From assembly GCA_023231475.1 (NCBI GenBank), contig JALJEE010002679.1, positions 1 through 64,000 of the forward strand: DNA of 64,000 nucleotides. The letters run 5' to 3'. This DNA comes from Seison nebaliae (Eukaryota). Positions 25,662 to 39,202 of this stretch are shown piece after piece. The notes beneath the pieces are model-generated. The model was not told the origin of the DNA and made no database searches. It was given only the letters and a program-made list of their open reading frames with translations. The number at the start of each line of letters is the position of its first letter. The stretch's first letter is position 1. A program made the translations under genes and the position numbers.

Positions 25662-27083
25662 TTTTTAACTTGTTTATTTTTCCTTCAAAAGTTTATTTCA
25701 CTTTCGGTTGATCATTCAAATTGTATTATGATAAAATTCAACATAATTTTTTTAATGATCTCTAAATTATATCAATGTCATCTTTCTTCCTTGAAATCAT
25801 CAGTAGTAAAAAGAAAAAGTGAATGGTGTATCAAGTAATGCATTTACAATTCTTTAAGAATTTTAGTACTTCAAATTTTGAGAATTTATCGGCCCAATGT
25901 AAAAACAGTACTTGATACAATATTCAAATTTATTCGATGAAAATATAATTTCGATATGGAAACTTTAAGATTCCTTTAAACGAATGAATAAAAATGAAAC
26001 TCGTCATTCTTTCGAAAAATGATGATAATGATGATGATGAAGATGATGGTGTGATGTAGGCAAATTTGAGTTTTCATATTTTCAGGAATGATTATGAGAG
26101 TAAAAACAAAATAGAGTTATGAAAATTTCTTTATTCATCATCAACATCTCCTCCAGTTCACACTCCTACATGTTCTTAATAAAATATAAAAATAAAAGAT
26201 AAGTAATTGAACGATAGTTACCTGTGAAAAAGACTGAAAACTGAACGTATCACTTCCAAATTTATATGGAATAGTAATAAACTGTCTTATCTTATCAGAA
26301 CGCAAATTTATAAATTTTTTTTGTCGCAATTAAACAAATAGAGAACTGTTCGCGAATTGTACAAATACAAACTACTTTTGCAGTCTAATTCATTTCTAAC
26401 ATTCCTCAAAAAAATGGAAATACCACATCATTAGCATGAGCATTAAAAATGGTTGAACAGATGAAATATAAACATTCATTTCGAAATTTGATAATTGATA
26501 ACTTCTAAATTAGCGTCTAAACTTTATTGCTTACCCCCAACAACTAGCAAGGTGACTTGTCTACATATGAACTGAAAGTGAAATTCCTTTCTTGAAATAA
26601 TCGTTTATGAATAATAATCATTTCTTGTTGTTTACCATTTCCTCTTTCATTGAATGAAAAGAAACATATTTGAATAATTATCATAGGTAACTCTTAAAAA
26701 TTTGAAAAGCAAAAAAAATTAATATTCAATCCACTTATCACAAACTACTCATAATAAACCTAATAAAAATTCTAAACTTGAAATTTTTCCTATCAAATCG
26801 ACACTAGATCGATTGAGAAGAAATTTTAATAGAAAACTTTCATATCATCAATGATGATGAAATAATGATTCATCATGGCGATCAATGAACATAGTGAACT
26901 TGAAGGATTTGATGGCTGATGGTTGTGATGAGGAAGAATGAAGAAATATAAAGAAATTGTTAATTAGAAGAGAATTGAAGAAGATTTTTGTTTGAAAAAT
27001 AAGTTGAGAATAAAATTAAAATAAAATTGTTTGATAAATTTCATTTAGGAGTTCACGTGATTTATTTTTTCTTTTTTACGACG

Positions 27084-28919
27084 ATGTTACGCTGTCATTG
27101 GAATAAATTAATAAAAAATGTCATACATATAAATGTTCGATGTGCATCATCGACAATCGATCGATTGGTGAAACCGTCGACGAGTTTCGTTGAGAATTCG
27201 TTTGTTGGTCGACTGGTGGTGAAGGATGTTGTGCCATTCCCTCAATCGATAAATGAGGAAGAATCAGAGAATTTGACAATGATGGTTGATCAAGTAGCAA
27301 AGTTTATGGAGAACACGAATGACGCTGATAAGAATGATGATACGAGTAAATTGGATGAGGAAGTGAATGAATCGTTGAAGGAATTGGGAGCGTTCGGATT
27401 GATCATACCGAGTGAATATGAAGGATTAGGTTTAACAAATACTCAATATGCCCGTCTCTGTCAAATAATTGGGAAACATGATTTGGGATTAGGCATTTAT
27501 ATTGGTGCTCATCAATCTATCGGATTGAAAGGAATTATTCTCTTTGGAAATGAAGAACAGAAACGGAAATATCTTCCTGATTTAGCTGCAGGAAAGAAGA
27601 TTGCAGCGTATTGTCTCACCGAACCAACAAGTGGATCAGATGCCGCATCAATTCAATGTAAAGCAAAAAAAGATAAAGATGGCAATTATCGTTTGAACGG
27701 AAATAAGATTTGGATCAGTAATGGTGGAATCGCCGACATTTTTACCGTTTTCGCTCGAACGGACATGGGTGATGGTCGAAAGAATCATTTATCAGCGTTT
27801 ATTGTGGAGAGGAAGTTCGGGAATATAACGAGTGGGCCACCCGAATCTAAAATGGGAATAAAAGTTTCAAATACGACAACTCTCAATTTCGATGATACGA
27901 TTGTTCCTAAAGAGAATTTATTAGGGAGAGAAGGTGAAGGATTTAAGATAGCTATGCAAATTCTGAATAATGGACGATTTGGAATGGCTGCCACATTAAG
28001 TGGAACAATGTTAGAATGTATTAATAAATCGATTTTATTTGCGAAAGAACGGAAACAATTCGGATCGTCAATATCATCATATGGTGACATTCAAGAAAAA
28101 TTGACAAGAATGGCAGCTTATCAATATGCTACGGAATCGATGGCATTCACACTCTCTAGTAATATGGATAAAGGAGTTGAGAAGTTTCAGATGGAAGCAG
28201 CTATATCTAAAATATTTGGAAGTGAAGCCGCTTGGTATGTTTGTGACGAATCGATTCAAATTCATGGTGGAATGGGATTCATGAGATCAACTGGATTGGA
28301 AAGAGTTTTACGTGATTTAAGAATCTTTCGAATATTTGAAGGAAGTAATGATATTTTGAGATTGTTCGTATCATTATCTGGAATGCAATTTGCTTCAATT
28401 CATTTGAAAGATTTACAAAGCAAATTCAAATCATTTGACACCACCACCATCATGAACGAAAGTAAGAAACGTTTATATCAAAGTATTGGTCTGTCTTCAT
28501 CGTCGATGGAAGGATCAGATGAATTATTAGAACAATTACCAAACGAATTACATATGTGTGGGAAACAATTGATTCAATCGATCGCCGCTCATGGACAATG
28601 TGTGGAGAATCTTCTTATTCAACACAAGAAAAATATCATCCATCAGCAAATCCAATTGAGACGTGTGGCAAATAATACGATCGATTTATTCGCTATGATC
28701 ACTTCACTTTCTCGTGCGAGTCAATCTTATAATTTAAATTTATCGTCAGCAGAACATGAAATGTTGTTAGCGAACTATTGGTGTGATGAAGCGAATCGTC
28801 GCATCAAAAATAATGTAACGGAAATTCAACAGATGAAAAATGAGAAAATTATTCAACAAATTTCTAATGAATTGATGGAGAATGAACGAATGTTCGCTTC
28901 CCATCCACTTCGATTATAA
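27084..28919 (+). CDS. ACADVL: Very-long-chain acyl-CoA dehydrogenase, mitochondrial; intronless
   Basis: GAHQSIG, AAYCLTEP.SGSDAASI, NG.KIWISNGG.AD, ILNNGRFGMAA, AISKIFGSEAAW, LRDLRIFRIFEGSNDILR and the VLCAD C-terminal extension. First ATG (MLRCHW) resembles a transit peptide. ACAD9 is the alternative assignment. Confidence 0.88.
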   Translation: MLRCHWNKLIKNVIHINVRCASSTIDRLVKPSTSFVENSFVGRLVVKDVVPFPQSINEEESENLTMMVDQVAKFMENTNDADKNDDTSKLDEEVNESLKELGAFGLIIPSEYEGLGLTNTQYARLCQIIGKHDLGLGIYIGAHQSIGLKGIILFGNEEQKRKYLPDLAAGKKIAAYCLTEPTSGSDAASIQCKAKKDKDGNYRLNGNKIWISNGGIADIFTVFARTDMGDGRKNHLSAFIVERKFGNITSGPPESKMGIKVSNTTTLNFDDTIVPKENLLGREGEGFKIAMQILNNGRFGMAATLSGTMLECINKSILFAKERKQFGSSISSYGDIQEKLTRMAAYQYATESMAFTLSSNMDKGVEKFQMEAAISKIFGSEAAWYVCDESIQIHGGMGFMRSTGLERVLRDLRIFRIFEGSNDILRLFVSLSGMQFASIHLKDLQSKFKSFDTTTIMNESKKRLYQSIGLSSSSMEGSDELLEQLPNELHMCGKQLIQSIAAHGQCVENLLIQHKKNIIHQQIQLRRVANNTIDLFAMITSLSRASQSYNLNLSSAEHEMLLANYWCDEANRRIKNNVTEIQQMKNEKIIQQISNELMENERMFASHPLRL

Positions 28920-29191
28920 TTTGATGTAAATTCACTGATACACATTTCCTCAATTCTCATTTAATCAATAACAAATATTTTGTATATCAGTTCTTTCAAA
29001 TCGAAATATTTATTCCATTTATTGATAATTATAATGATGAAAAGATAATTCATTCGAAAACTATTTTATTTCTTTTTAGTTATGTATAATACAAAAAGTC
29101 GAATAAAATTAATTTGAAATTAATATTGAAATTTGAATTGGAAACTCTGACGATGAAGAAAAAATGGTCAGAATCATTCCAATTCTTTTTA

Positions 29192-30196
29192 CTATCCATC
29201 AGTTCTTTTTACTTCTCCTTCTTCTCTTTCATCCATCACACTCTCTTTCTCCTCTTTCACCTCATCATTTTTTGACGATTCGACATGATCCAGTAAAATT
29301 ATGTCCTCATTCGACGTAGTTTCTTCTGGTTCCGTTTCTGTCGTTTCATTCGAAATATGAATTAGATCGATTTGTTCTTCAATTATCTTTTTATCTGATA
29401 CTATTTTATTTTCATTATCATCTTCTTCAGCCAAATTATTTTCATTAAAATTCGATTCGATAATTTCTTTATTTTCTTGAAGTAATTCTTTCGGAATTTC
29501 ATCCACTAAATTCTCGTTGGATGGCGAAGGAGGAGGTGATGTTGTCGGAAGAATAACAACATCTTCCTCTTCCGCTTCTTCATCGACGTCCTTTTCCGAT
29601 TTTTCTACTTTCTTTAACGAACGAACATCATCAGTTAGTTCTGGTTCGTTCATTGTTTCCTTCAATGATTTATCTACAATAAATGGATTGACCATCGTTC
29701 GAACGAAATAATCGATTACCAATTGTGGACATTTGAGACGACATACTATTTCTGGTACTAGATCCACTTGCGTTTGATGATGTCTCCATTTGACGAGATA
29801 GAGAATGTGACCTGATTGTCTCATCACACCACAAACTTCCGATGGATATAATCGTCCATTCATAGCGAACTTTTGTAAAACAGTTGTTAATCGGAGATTT
29901 CGTTTAACTGATGCCGGACCAGCTTTTGTTTTCAGTTGTGGTTGTCCCTTCGACAACAGTTCTCGCTGCTCTTTCTCGAACGAGAGGATGAGATCGGGAC
30001 AATCCAAATCCTTCTCCAATTCCCAAGTGTTGTCCTCATTCGGGAAATTGAGCCATTTCACTAAATATTCTATTTCTCCATTCACTACTCGCTTCTTCAA
30101 AATCTTTTCAACTTTATATTCTTGCTCATTATCCGAGTTCAAAATTTGAATATCATCATCTTCCATTGATGTAACCACTTGTACATTCCGAAGCAT
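29192..30196 (-). CDS. HP1/CBX-like protein (chromodomain + chromoshadow-like domain + long acidic tail)
   Basis: Chromodomain [11 protein letters not shown]...EYLVKWLNF...[12 protein letters not shown]; chromoshadow-like PSEVCG...LYLVKW...[17 protein letters not shown]; about 160-aa Glu/Asp-rich C-terminus. Confidence 0.88.
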   Translation of the reverse strand: MLRNVQVVTSMEDDDIQILNSDNEQEYKVEKILKKRVVNGEIEYLVKWLNFPNEDNTWELEKDLDCPDLILSFEKEQRELLSKGQPQLKTKAGPASVKRNLRLTTVLQKFAMNGRLYPSEVCGVMRQSGHILYLVKWRHHQTQVDLVPEIVCRLKCPQLVIDYFVRTMVNPFIVDKSLKETMNEPELTDDVRSLKKVEKSEKDVDEEAEEEDVVILPTTSPPPSPSNENLVDEIPKELLQENKEIIESNFNENNLAEEDDNENKIVSDKKIIEEQIDLIHISNETTETEPEETTSNEDIILLDHVESSKNDEVKEEKESVMDEREEGEVKRTDG

Positions 30197-30627
30197 TTCC
30201 TCCTGATGAAAAATTCAAAAAATTCTTTGGCTTACTGCTTAATGAATGGTTTATTACCATAATCAATTAATAAATAATTCTTATATTCTGCTCAAAATGG
30301 CATGGAAAATAAATTTCCCAAACTTCTCAAATTTAAATTTGAAGCTTCCTAAACTTTAAACTTAAATTAACAATTAATTGTTTACTACTTGTTAAGAATT
30401 GCTGAATATAAAAATAACATTGATAATTTGGAACAAGTACAATCTTACAATGTGAGTAAAAACAACTAATAATTTTCCATCAACTGCTAAAATAATCCAA
30501 ATAAAATTAGCGTAATCTTAAAGTAATAATGATAATGAAGATGTCCGTTATTTCACTTATTTTCCATCAGTTATCTCATTCGAAAATTGAGCTCAGATTT
30601 AATTTCAAAAGTGGAAAATTCCAATCT

Positions 30628-31430
30628 ATGACCAACACTAGTTCCATTGAGAAAGATGACGTTGATTGTGTCTGCATCGCTGTCGATTATGTGATTACAG
30701 AGAATAGTGATTTAATCGAATTCGGGAATAGTTTAGGAAAAAATGAGAAAGAAATTGCTTTAACGTTAGGAATTAGATTATTCTGTTAAAATTCCGTTTT
30801 AGTTTCAACAAAATTATTTCAGGCGAGATCACCATTAGATCTGCTATTGAATTTTTTATTAAAACGTTAATGCCGACAGTCGACGATTTCGTTAAATATA
30901 TGTCAACTCATAAGATTGCGTGGAGAGAAAGTATAAAGTTTCCTATTTTTCTTTCCTACCAATCCCACTACAAACATTTTCATTCATTAAGGAAATTTAT
31001 TGAGCATTTAAATAAGAAGAAAATCGATATATATTTATGTAGTCAATCGTTCTCCCCACTAGTTGAAAGGATTGCTAAAGAATTGTCAATTCCATTAGAT
31101 AACATCTTTTCCGTCGTACTCTTATTCGATAAACATGGGAAGTATTTAAGTTTCGATGAATCGTCACCTACATCTGAATCAGGTGGAGTTCAGCGAATTT
31201 GCAATTATTTGAAGATAACTAAAAACTATAAATGCATCTACATTATCGGGACAGGTTATGAAGAAATGGCAGCGATAGAACCGGGAGTTATTTTAATTTT
31301 CGTCAATTATCTTTTCTTTATTTTCTCACAGAACAAATTTATCTTATTCAGATCGTCACATACACCAAAACGTATTAAGTCGAAAGAGATTGTTGAGTCT
31401 TTCGACGAATTAATCTCGCTCATTTACTAA
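30628..31430 (+). CDS. Phosphoserine-phosphatase (PSPH)-like HAD protein with degenerate catalytic motifs; introns 30765-30802, 30938-30991, 31287-31331
   Basis: Spliced product follows PSPH along its length: DCVCIAVDYV (cf. DAVCFDVDST), IYLCSQSF (cf. VFLISGGF), LLFDKHGKYLSFDESSPTSESGG (cf. LKFYFNGEYAGFDETQPTAESGG), IIGTGYEEMAA (cf. MIGDGATDMEA). Start may be 30529 instead. Confidence 0.8.
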
Positions 31431-31474
31431 TTTTCTTTTGAAGAAAATTCTTAGCTCATCTATTTTTCCTTCGG

Positions 31475-31890
31475 ATGTCATCTCACAATAAAAGTACAAT
31501 CATTCATTATGCGAAACGTGAACTCATCGAATTCTCTGGTTTTCACTTTTAGTTCCTCCTTGTTTTTTTTTTAGTTAATTTCCATCAGACATGTGGATGA
31601 ACATTATGCAATGGGTCATGATCAGCAGTAGTATGATTGGTATCGGCTGTTGTATCATTTGTCTCATACAAATGAGAGATCATTGGCTGAATAAATTCGT
31701 GTCAGTTTTCCTCTTATTTGCTGGTCTCATTAATTGTCTCCTGCCTTCAATGATCACAACATTGGCTATCGTCGGTATTTATCATACTAGTGGTTACAAG
31801 ATGTTGAAATATCATGCATGTGCTTGGGGTATCGGACAGACCGTTATGTTCACCATCGTCTCATTTACCAAATTGTTGCCAATGCTTTAA
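31475..31890 (+). CDS. TMEM170: Transmembrane protein 170-like; intron 31539-31588
   Basis: FSD|MW..I.QW, MRDH, ITTLAIVGIYH.SG.KM and WGIGQT...IVSF.KLL.ML follow the TMEM170 pattern (EMW, LRHH, TSAAIAGVY..AG..M, G.GQT...SF.RILATL); three hydrophobic segments. Confidence 0.8.
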
Positions 31891-31993
31891 TTTGACTTTA
31901 ATTCGACTTTAATTTCTTGTAAATATTCAATTCACTCATTTATTTATTATTTATACCAAAGAGAATAAATTAAATCCATTTGTAAAAATTATA

Positions 31994-32983
31994 TTAATCA
32001 GCCACATAAATGATTTGGTGACGTTCCAATAAATCAATCTCCTTCTCCAACTCTTTCATCTCTCGTTCCATTTTCTCTTTTCTCTTCATTTTCGGAATTG
32101 TATCAGTTATTACGGACAAACTCTGATATTCCGAATGTAGAATATCCCAATTATATTTCAATCCTAATTCGAATTTAAAAGAAAAATATTTTTAAAAAAT
32201 TAGAATAACCTTTAAGTAATTCCTCATGTTCTTGGCCTGTGATTTGTTTCATTGCACCTTCTTGAAACTTTTCCTTTATATATTCGTCGTATTGTTCCTG
32301 TTTATATTTCATTTCATCTTTCCTCTTATGGATATATTCGGGAACTTGTCCAAACTCCTTTATGGACAATAGTTTAATAGAATTATAAGTATTTAAATGA
32401 CTTTCTTCCGAATATAATGAGGATACAGTCCACTCGTTTCCAATTTGAGTTTATTCCCCTTTCGATCGTCCACAACATTCTTTGCGGGTTTCTTCGCCAC
32501 TAACATCGTCGCATCAACAGCATTTTCACTTATAAAATTCTTCGTAGTTTTGTAGCCCATTGTTGGTTGATCGTCCTTTCTAGGGACGGGAGGCTTAATT
32601 TTCTCCTTCTCTTGTTTCTCAACAATTAACTTCTCTAAAAATATTTGACATGAAAAAGAATTTGAGGTTAAAAAACTTAACTTGTCTCACTTAATTTATT
32701 CAATCGATTATTACCTTCTCCTTTTTGAAGGAAATTGTCTGGTTTGGGTACGGACTCTTTAGGAACTCCCATTGTTCGATGTCCGTTCATTTCCGGGATA
32801 GAAGTAGTCCGATTAAGTTTCGTATTCTTCGAATTGAATTTTGAGACATATCTACCGAATTAGGATTTGAATGAGATGATAAATTTAAGGGATGAACCTC
32901 GGCTCTTTTGGAGGTTCTCGGTATTCTCTAGGTACTAAATTATAGATACTTTCCTCTCGTTGAGCTGTCCTGTAAGATGACAT
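31994..32983 (-). CDS. ENKUR: Enkurin (ciliary/flagellar protein); introns 32852-32897, 32635-32681, 32358-32401, 32164-32209
   Basis: Spliced product has EESIYNLVP...PRYVSKF, TMG, KPPVP, KNFISENA, KKP...VDDRKGNK..LETSGL.P.YIRKK|EFGQVPEYI, L.GLK.NW...YQ.LSV.TDTIPK..RKE..E.EM.ELEKEI.L.E.H..IYVAD, the enkurin pattern. Confidence 0.88.
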
Positions 32984-33124
32984 TGTGATTAATTTTAAGG
33001 AAATAAGTTTATTTGTTTACCTAAATGTTCGCAACTGGTAACTAAAGACAATGAACAATCAGATAATTTCATGTAGTACATTAAAATGGGAAAATTATGC
33101 AAAAGAAAATTATAGGCTTCCATG

Positions 33125-33138
33125 GTTACCATGACAAC
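33125..33138. promoter_or_regulatory. RFX X-box GTTACCATGACAAC in the ENKUR/ARL13-like bidirectional promoter
   Basis: Exact match to the RTHNYY-WT-RRNRAC X-box consensus, 24 nt upstream of the ARL13-like ATG and about 140 nt upstream of the ENKUR ATG. Confidence 0.75.
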
Positions 33139-33162
33139 CATTCCAAACAATTATTATAAATA

Positions 33163-33894
33163 ATGTTTCGTTCATGTTCGAAGAAGAAGAGGATTCCACC
33201 TGTAATCAAATTGTTATGTGTTGGAATTAAATCGTCTGGAATCTCAACATTGTGTCAAGTGTTAGAAAGAAGATATTTAACCGAACCTCCAATTCATACG
33301 AATGGAACCAACAAATATAAATTTCCAGAGAACAACGTTCAGATTGAATTAACGGAAATCACATCTAATTTTCCAAATCTAATTAAAGACCATTTATCTT
33401 TCTCTCATGGAATCATTTTCGTGATAGATGCCCAATCGGATATGGAGGATATATATGAAACGTCGTTATTGTTACACAAATTATTTTCCAACAATTCCGA
33501 AACGAAGCGACCAGTTCTGATATTGGCAAATAAAATAGATTTGGAGGAGAGTTGTGATGAGATCGATATGACAGTTATACTCAATTTAGATGAAACCGTT
33601 GAAGAATTGGAATTTCCCGTCAAATTTGATATGTGTTCCGCTTATATCGCATCATTAGAAAATCATCCAGACAACAAATTTTATTCTCAAATTATTTCCG
33701 AGAATTTCAACTGGTTAATGAAAGTTATCGAGAATAATTGGTATGATTTAGATGAGAATGTCAGATCATCAACCAAAGTGTTGGAAGAGATGCAAGAACA
33801 AGAAAGAAAAGAGCATTTAATGAAATTGAGAGAAAAGAGAAGACTGAAAGAAGAGCAATTGGAGAATGAAGAAAAATTTAAATATGTCGAATAA
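33163..33894 (+). CDS. ARL13-family small GTPase-like protein with degenerate G1/G3 motifs; intronless
   Basis: Arf-like fold: HGIIFVIDA, RPVLILANKID, CSA. The ARL13-type segment FNWLMKVIENNW.DL.E.V is followed by a coiled coil (QEQERKEHLMKLREKR). N-terminal Cys is a possible palmitoylation site. Confidence 0.78.
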   Translation: MFRSCSKKKRIPPVIKLLCVGIKSSGISTLCQVLERRYLTEPPIHTNGTNKYKFPENNVQIELTEITSNFPNLIKDHLSFSHGIIFVIDAQSDMEDIYETSLLLHKLFSNNSETKRPVLILANKIDLEESCDEIDMTVILNLDETVEELEFPVKFDMCSAYIASLENHPDNKFYSQIISENFNWLMKVIENNWYDLDENVRSSTKVLEEMQEQERKEHLMKLREKRRLKEEQLENEEKFKYVE

Positions 33895-33916
33895 AAATAA
33901 TTATTAAACATTCTTC

Positions 33917-36753
<2,837 letters not shown>

Positions 36754-36976
36754 TTCTTTAATTGCCTTTCGATGTTTTCTTTAAAAAATTTCTTTCTTAA
36801 TTCTTATTTTTTCTTTTTGTGAAGTAATTGACTTTAATTAAAAATTCACAATAATCGCCGTAATCATTCCAAGTGTATCAAGAGGAAATGGAATGACATG
36901 TTTTCCAACGAATATTGCAAATATTTTAACAGCGCAATTGTTCGGATGGAGAGAAATGGGTCAGTTATGTCCAATG

Positions 36977-36990
36977 GTTACCATGGCAAC
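36977..36990. promoter_or_regulatory. RFX X-box GTTACCATGGCAAC upstream of the C2HC zinc-finger gene
   Basis: Near-palindromic consensus X-box about 220 nt upstream of ATG 36753. Confidence 0.75.
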
Positions 36991-39202
36991 TTCTCACATA
37001 AAACAACATCAACAAGTTGTTGTAAGTTTCGGACATTTTAGTCCGATATTAAATTTCCCTCAGTTTCTTTTTATTGTTATTATTTTCAATAAATTTCTAA
37101 TTAGTTGATGAATCGTCATATTTAGAAAGTTAAAGTTATATGAGTCGAAATAAGTGGGGGGTGGCTGAAAAGAGAGATTCTTTATATATAGATCATTGAC
37201 ATAAAAGTAAAGTTTTGTTTGGTCATTTGTCATCTTTTACGCCCAATCATTATTTATGAATACTACTCAACTTAACATATTCACTTCAATTCCATTCGAT
37301 ATGGGGTGGGAGACGATGTGTTAAAATTTTCGAAATGATTATTATTTGTTTTTTTGCCTGTCAAACACATGTGTCCACTCATTGTCTTCCGCCTTCCTAC
37401 TCTTGTCAGCTCATAAAATTCTTCCTTCTCTATCATTTCGTACATTTTATGATGATTATTTCGTTTTGTTCATCCTTTTCTTATCGTCCAAATGAAGGGT
37501 TGTGTGGGCATAAAAGAATTAAGGAGAAGTAGCTGCTGTATGTAAATGGAGGGGGAAGTCAGAGAAAATAATTTTCGGATAAACAAAAGGTTCCCATCTC
37601 CAACAATAACGTGTGCTGTTTGGATGGATGGATGTACGATCGTCTTCCACTACCAATTTCAGATCGATGTAAATACTGATAGATGGATTCGTATGTGTGT
37701 GTAGAAAGGAATGTGAAACATACCATTAACCATCGATAAGAAAAATTTTAAATGTGATGAATGATGAAGAAAAACGTAATTTTTCGATTAAGCTTAATAT
37801 TTGCATTGGACAAATGTGAAAAAATAATTTTTTAGATGAAAAAAGAGAATTTGAGAGAAAATTCAATTATTAGTGAGAAATAAGTGCGATATAAATGTAA
37901 ATAAAATAAAATAGAAATATCCTCACGCGAATATTTAGTGTCGTTTAATAAAGAAAATTAGATTGAGTAGTTATCAAATCTATTTATGTATTCAGCTATC
38001 TCATTTCTTTCCATTGTTCGGAAGTGTGTGCTTTCTAATTCTCTTTCTAACAATTAATCATTCGTTATCCTATTAAATTATGTTTCTTTAAATGAATATG
38101 CCTTCTCATCTGGTTAGCCTTCCCCCATTTTTTAAGAAAACAATCTCCCAAATACACATATTGCCTACTACTTAAAAGGGCGAATAAGAAGCGGGAGGAA
38201 GTGCTCATATCATGTTCGTCATATTCATGTGAAATGGAGATGAGATTTCATTGAGAATTAAAATAAACTTTCAACTAATTCTGAATTATCAACTTAATTT
38301 TATTCATGTAAAATATTCTAACTGAATTCTCATTAACTGTTAACTTCGTTGATTTTTCCATGTAAATTATTTGATGATTATAAAGAAAATTTCTTTATCC
38401 TTTTGAAAATTGGAACGTATTTCAGATTATACGTGTACTTAATTTGGAAGTATTAAATTTAACGAATTGAAGGAATTTCCTTAAAAATCAAAAGAAAAAC
38501 TTCAACAAGTCCACATTGCAGAGTAAGAATGAGAGGAGATGAATGTATAAGAATGACGAAAATTTATATGGAAATATCGTACGATGTCTCTCATGAATCA
38601 ACATGTAATATATACATTATTCTGGATAATGATTAGGATGCTTCTTTTTTACTTCATTAGATTGTTTAATAAGTGATGTTGTGTATGTAATCCTTTCAAT
38701 TATTGTTGAGCGCATTTTCTACCTTAATTCACTTCATTCGATCACATTCTTTCTCCAATTTCATTCATTGTTTACCATAAAAAGAAAACTGTTACATCAT
38801 CATTCTCTTTCCATGCAATAACGACATTCTCAGGAGAATCAGAATGTATTCAGTCATCTTTTCATAACAACAAACCTCTCCAAATCCCATCTACCTCATT
38901 CCAATCGAAGTTAAATATCATCAATTCTTCCCTAGTTTTATAGAATTAATTGTCTTTTCATCCACAAACTAGTAATGCTTAATTCGTATATTAACCAATT
39001 AAATACGTATATAGCAATCGTCCTATCTTCCAATCTTCCTCAAATAATAAATAAATTTCCCATAAAAAAATATATCGATATCATAATTCAAATTTCCTTT
39101 TTCATTCATTTCTTCTTACTAATTCTTTATAGTTGCGATTAACATCGCTCTCCCAACAGAACTCATTAATGTTCTTCAATTAATTTCATTTCATTAGATT
39201 AG

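Noticed and set aside
27785..28265. Antisense ORFs over ACADVL (likewise those over the cullin, PDE, ARL13-like, PIP5K and mucin genes)
   Set aside because: Shadow ORFs on the opposite strand of real coding sequence, with no motifs.
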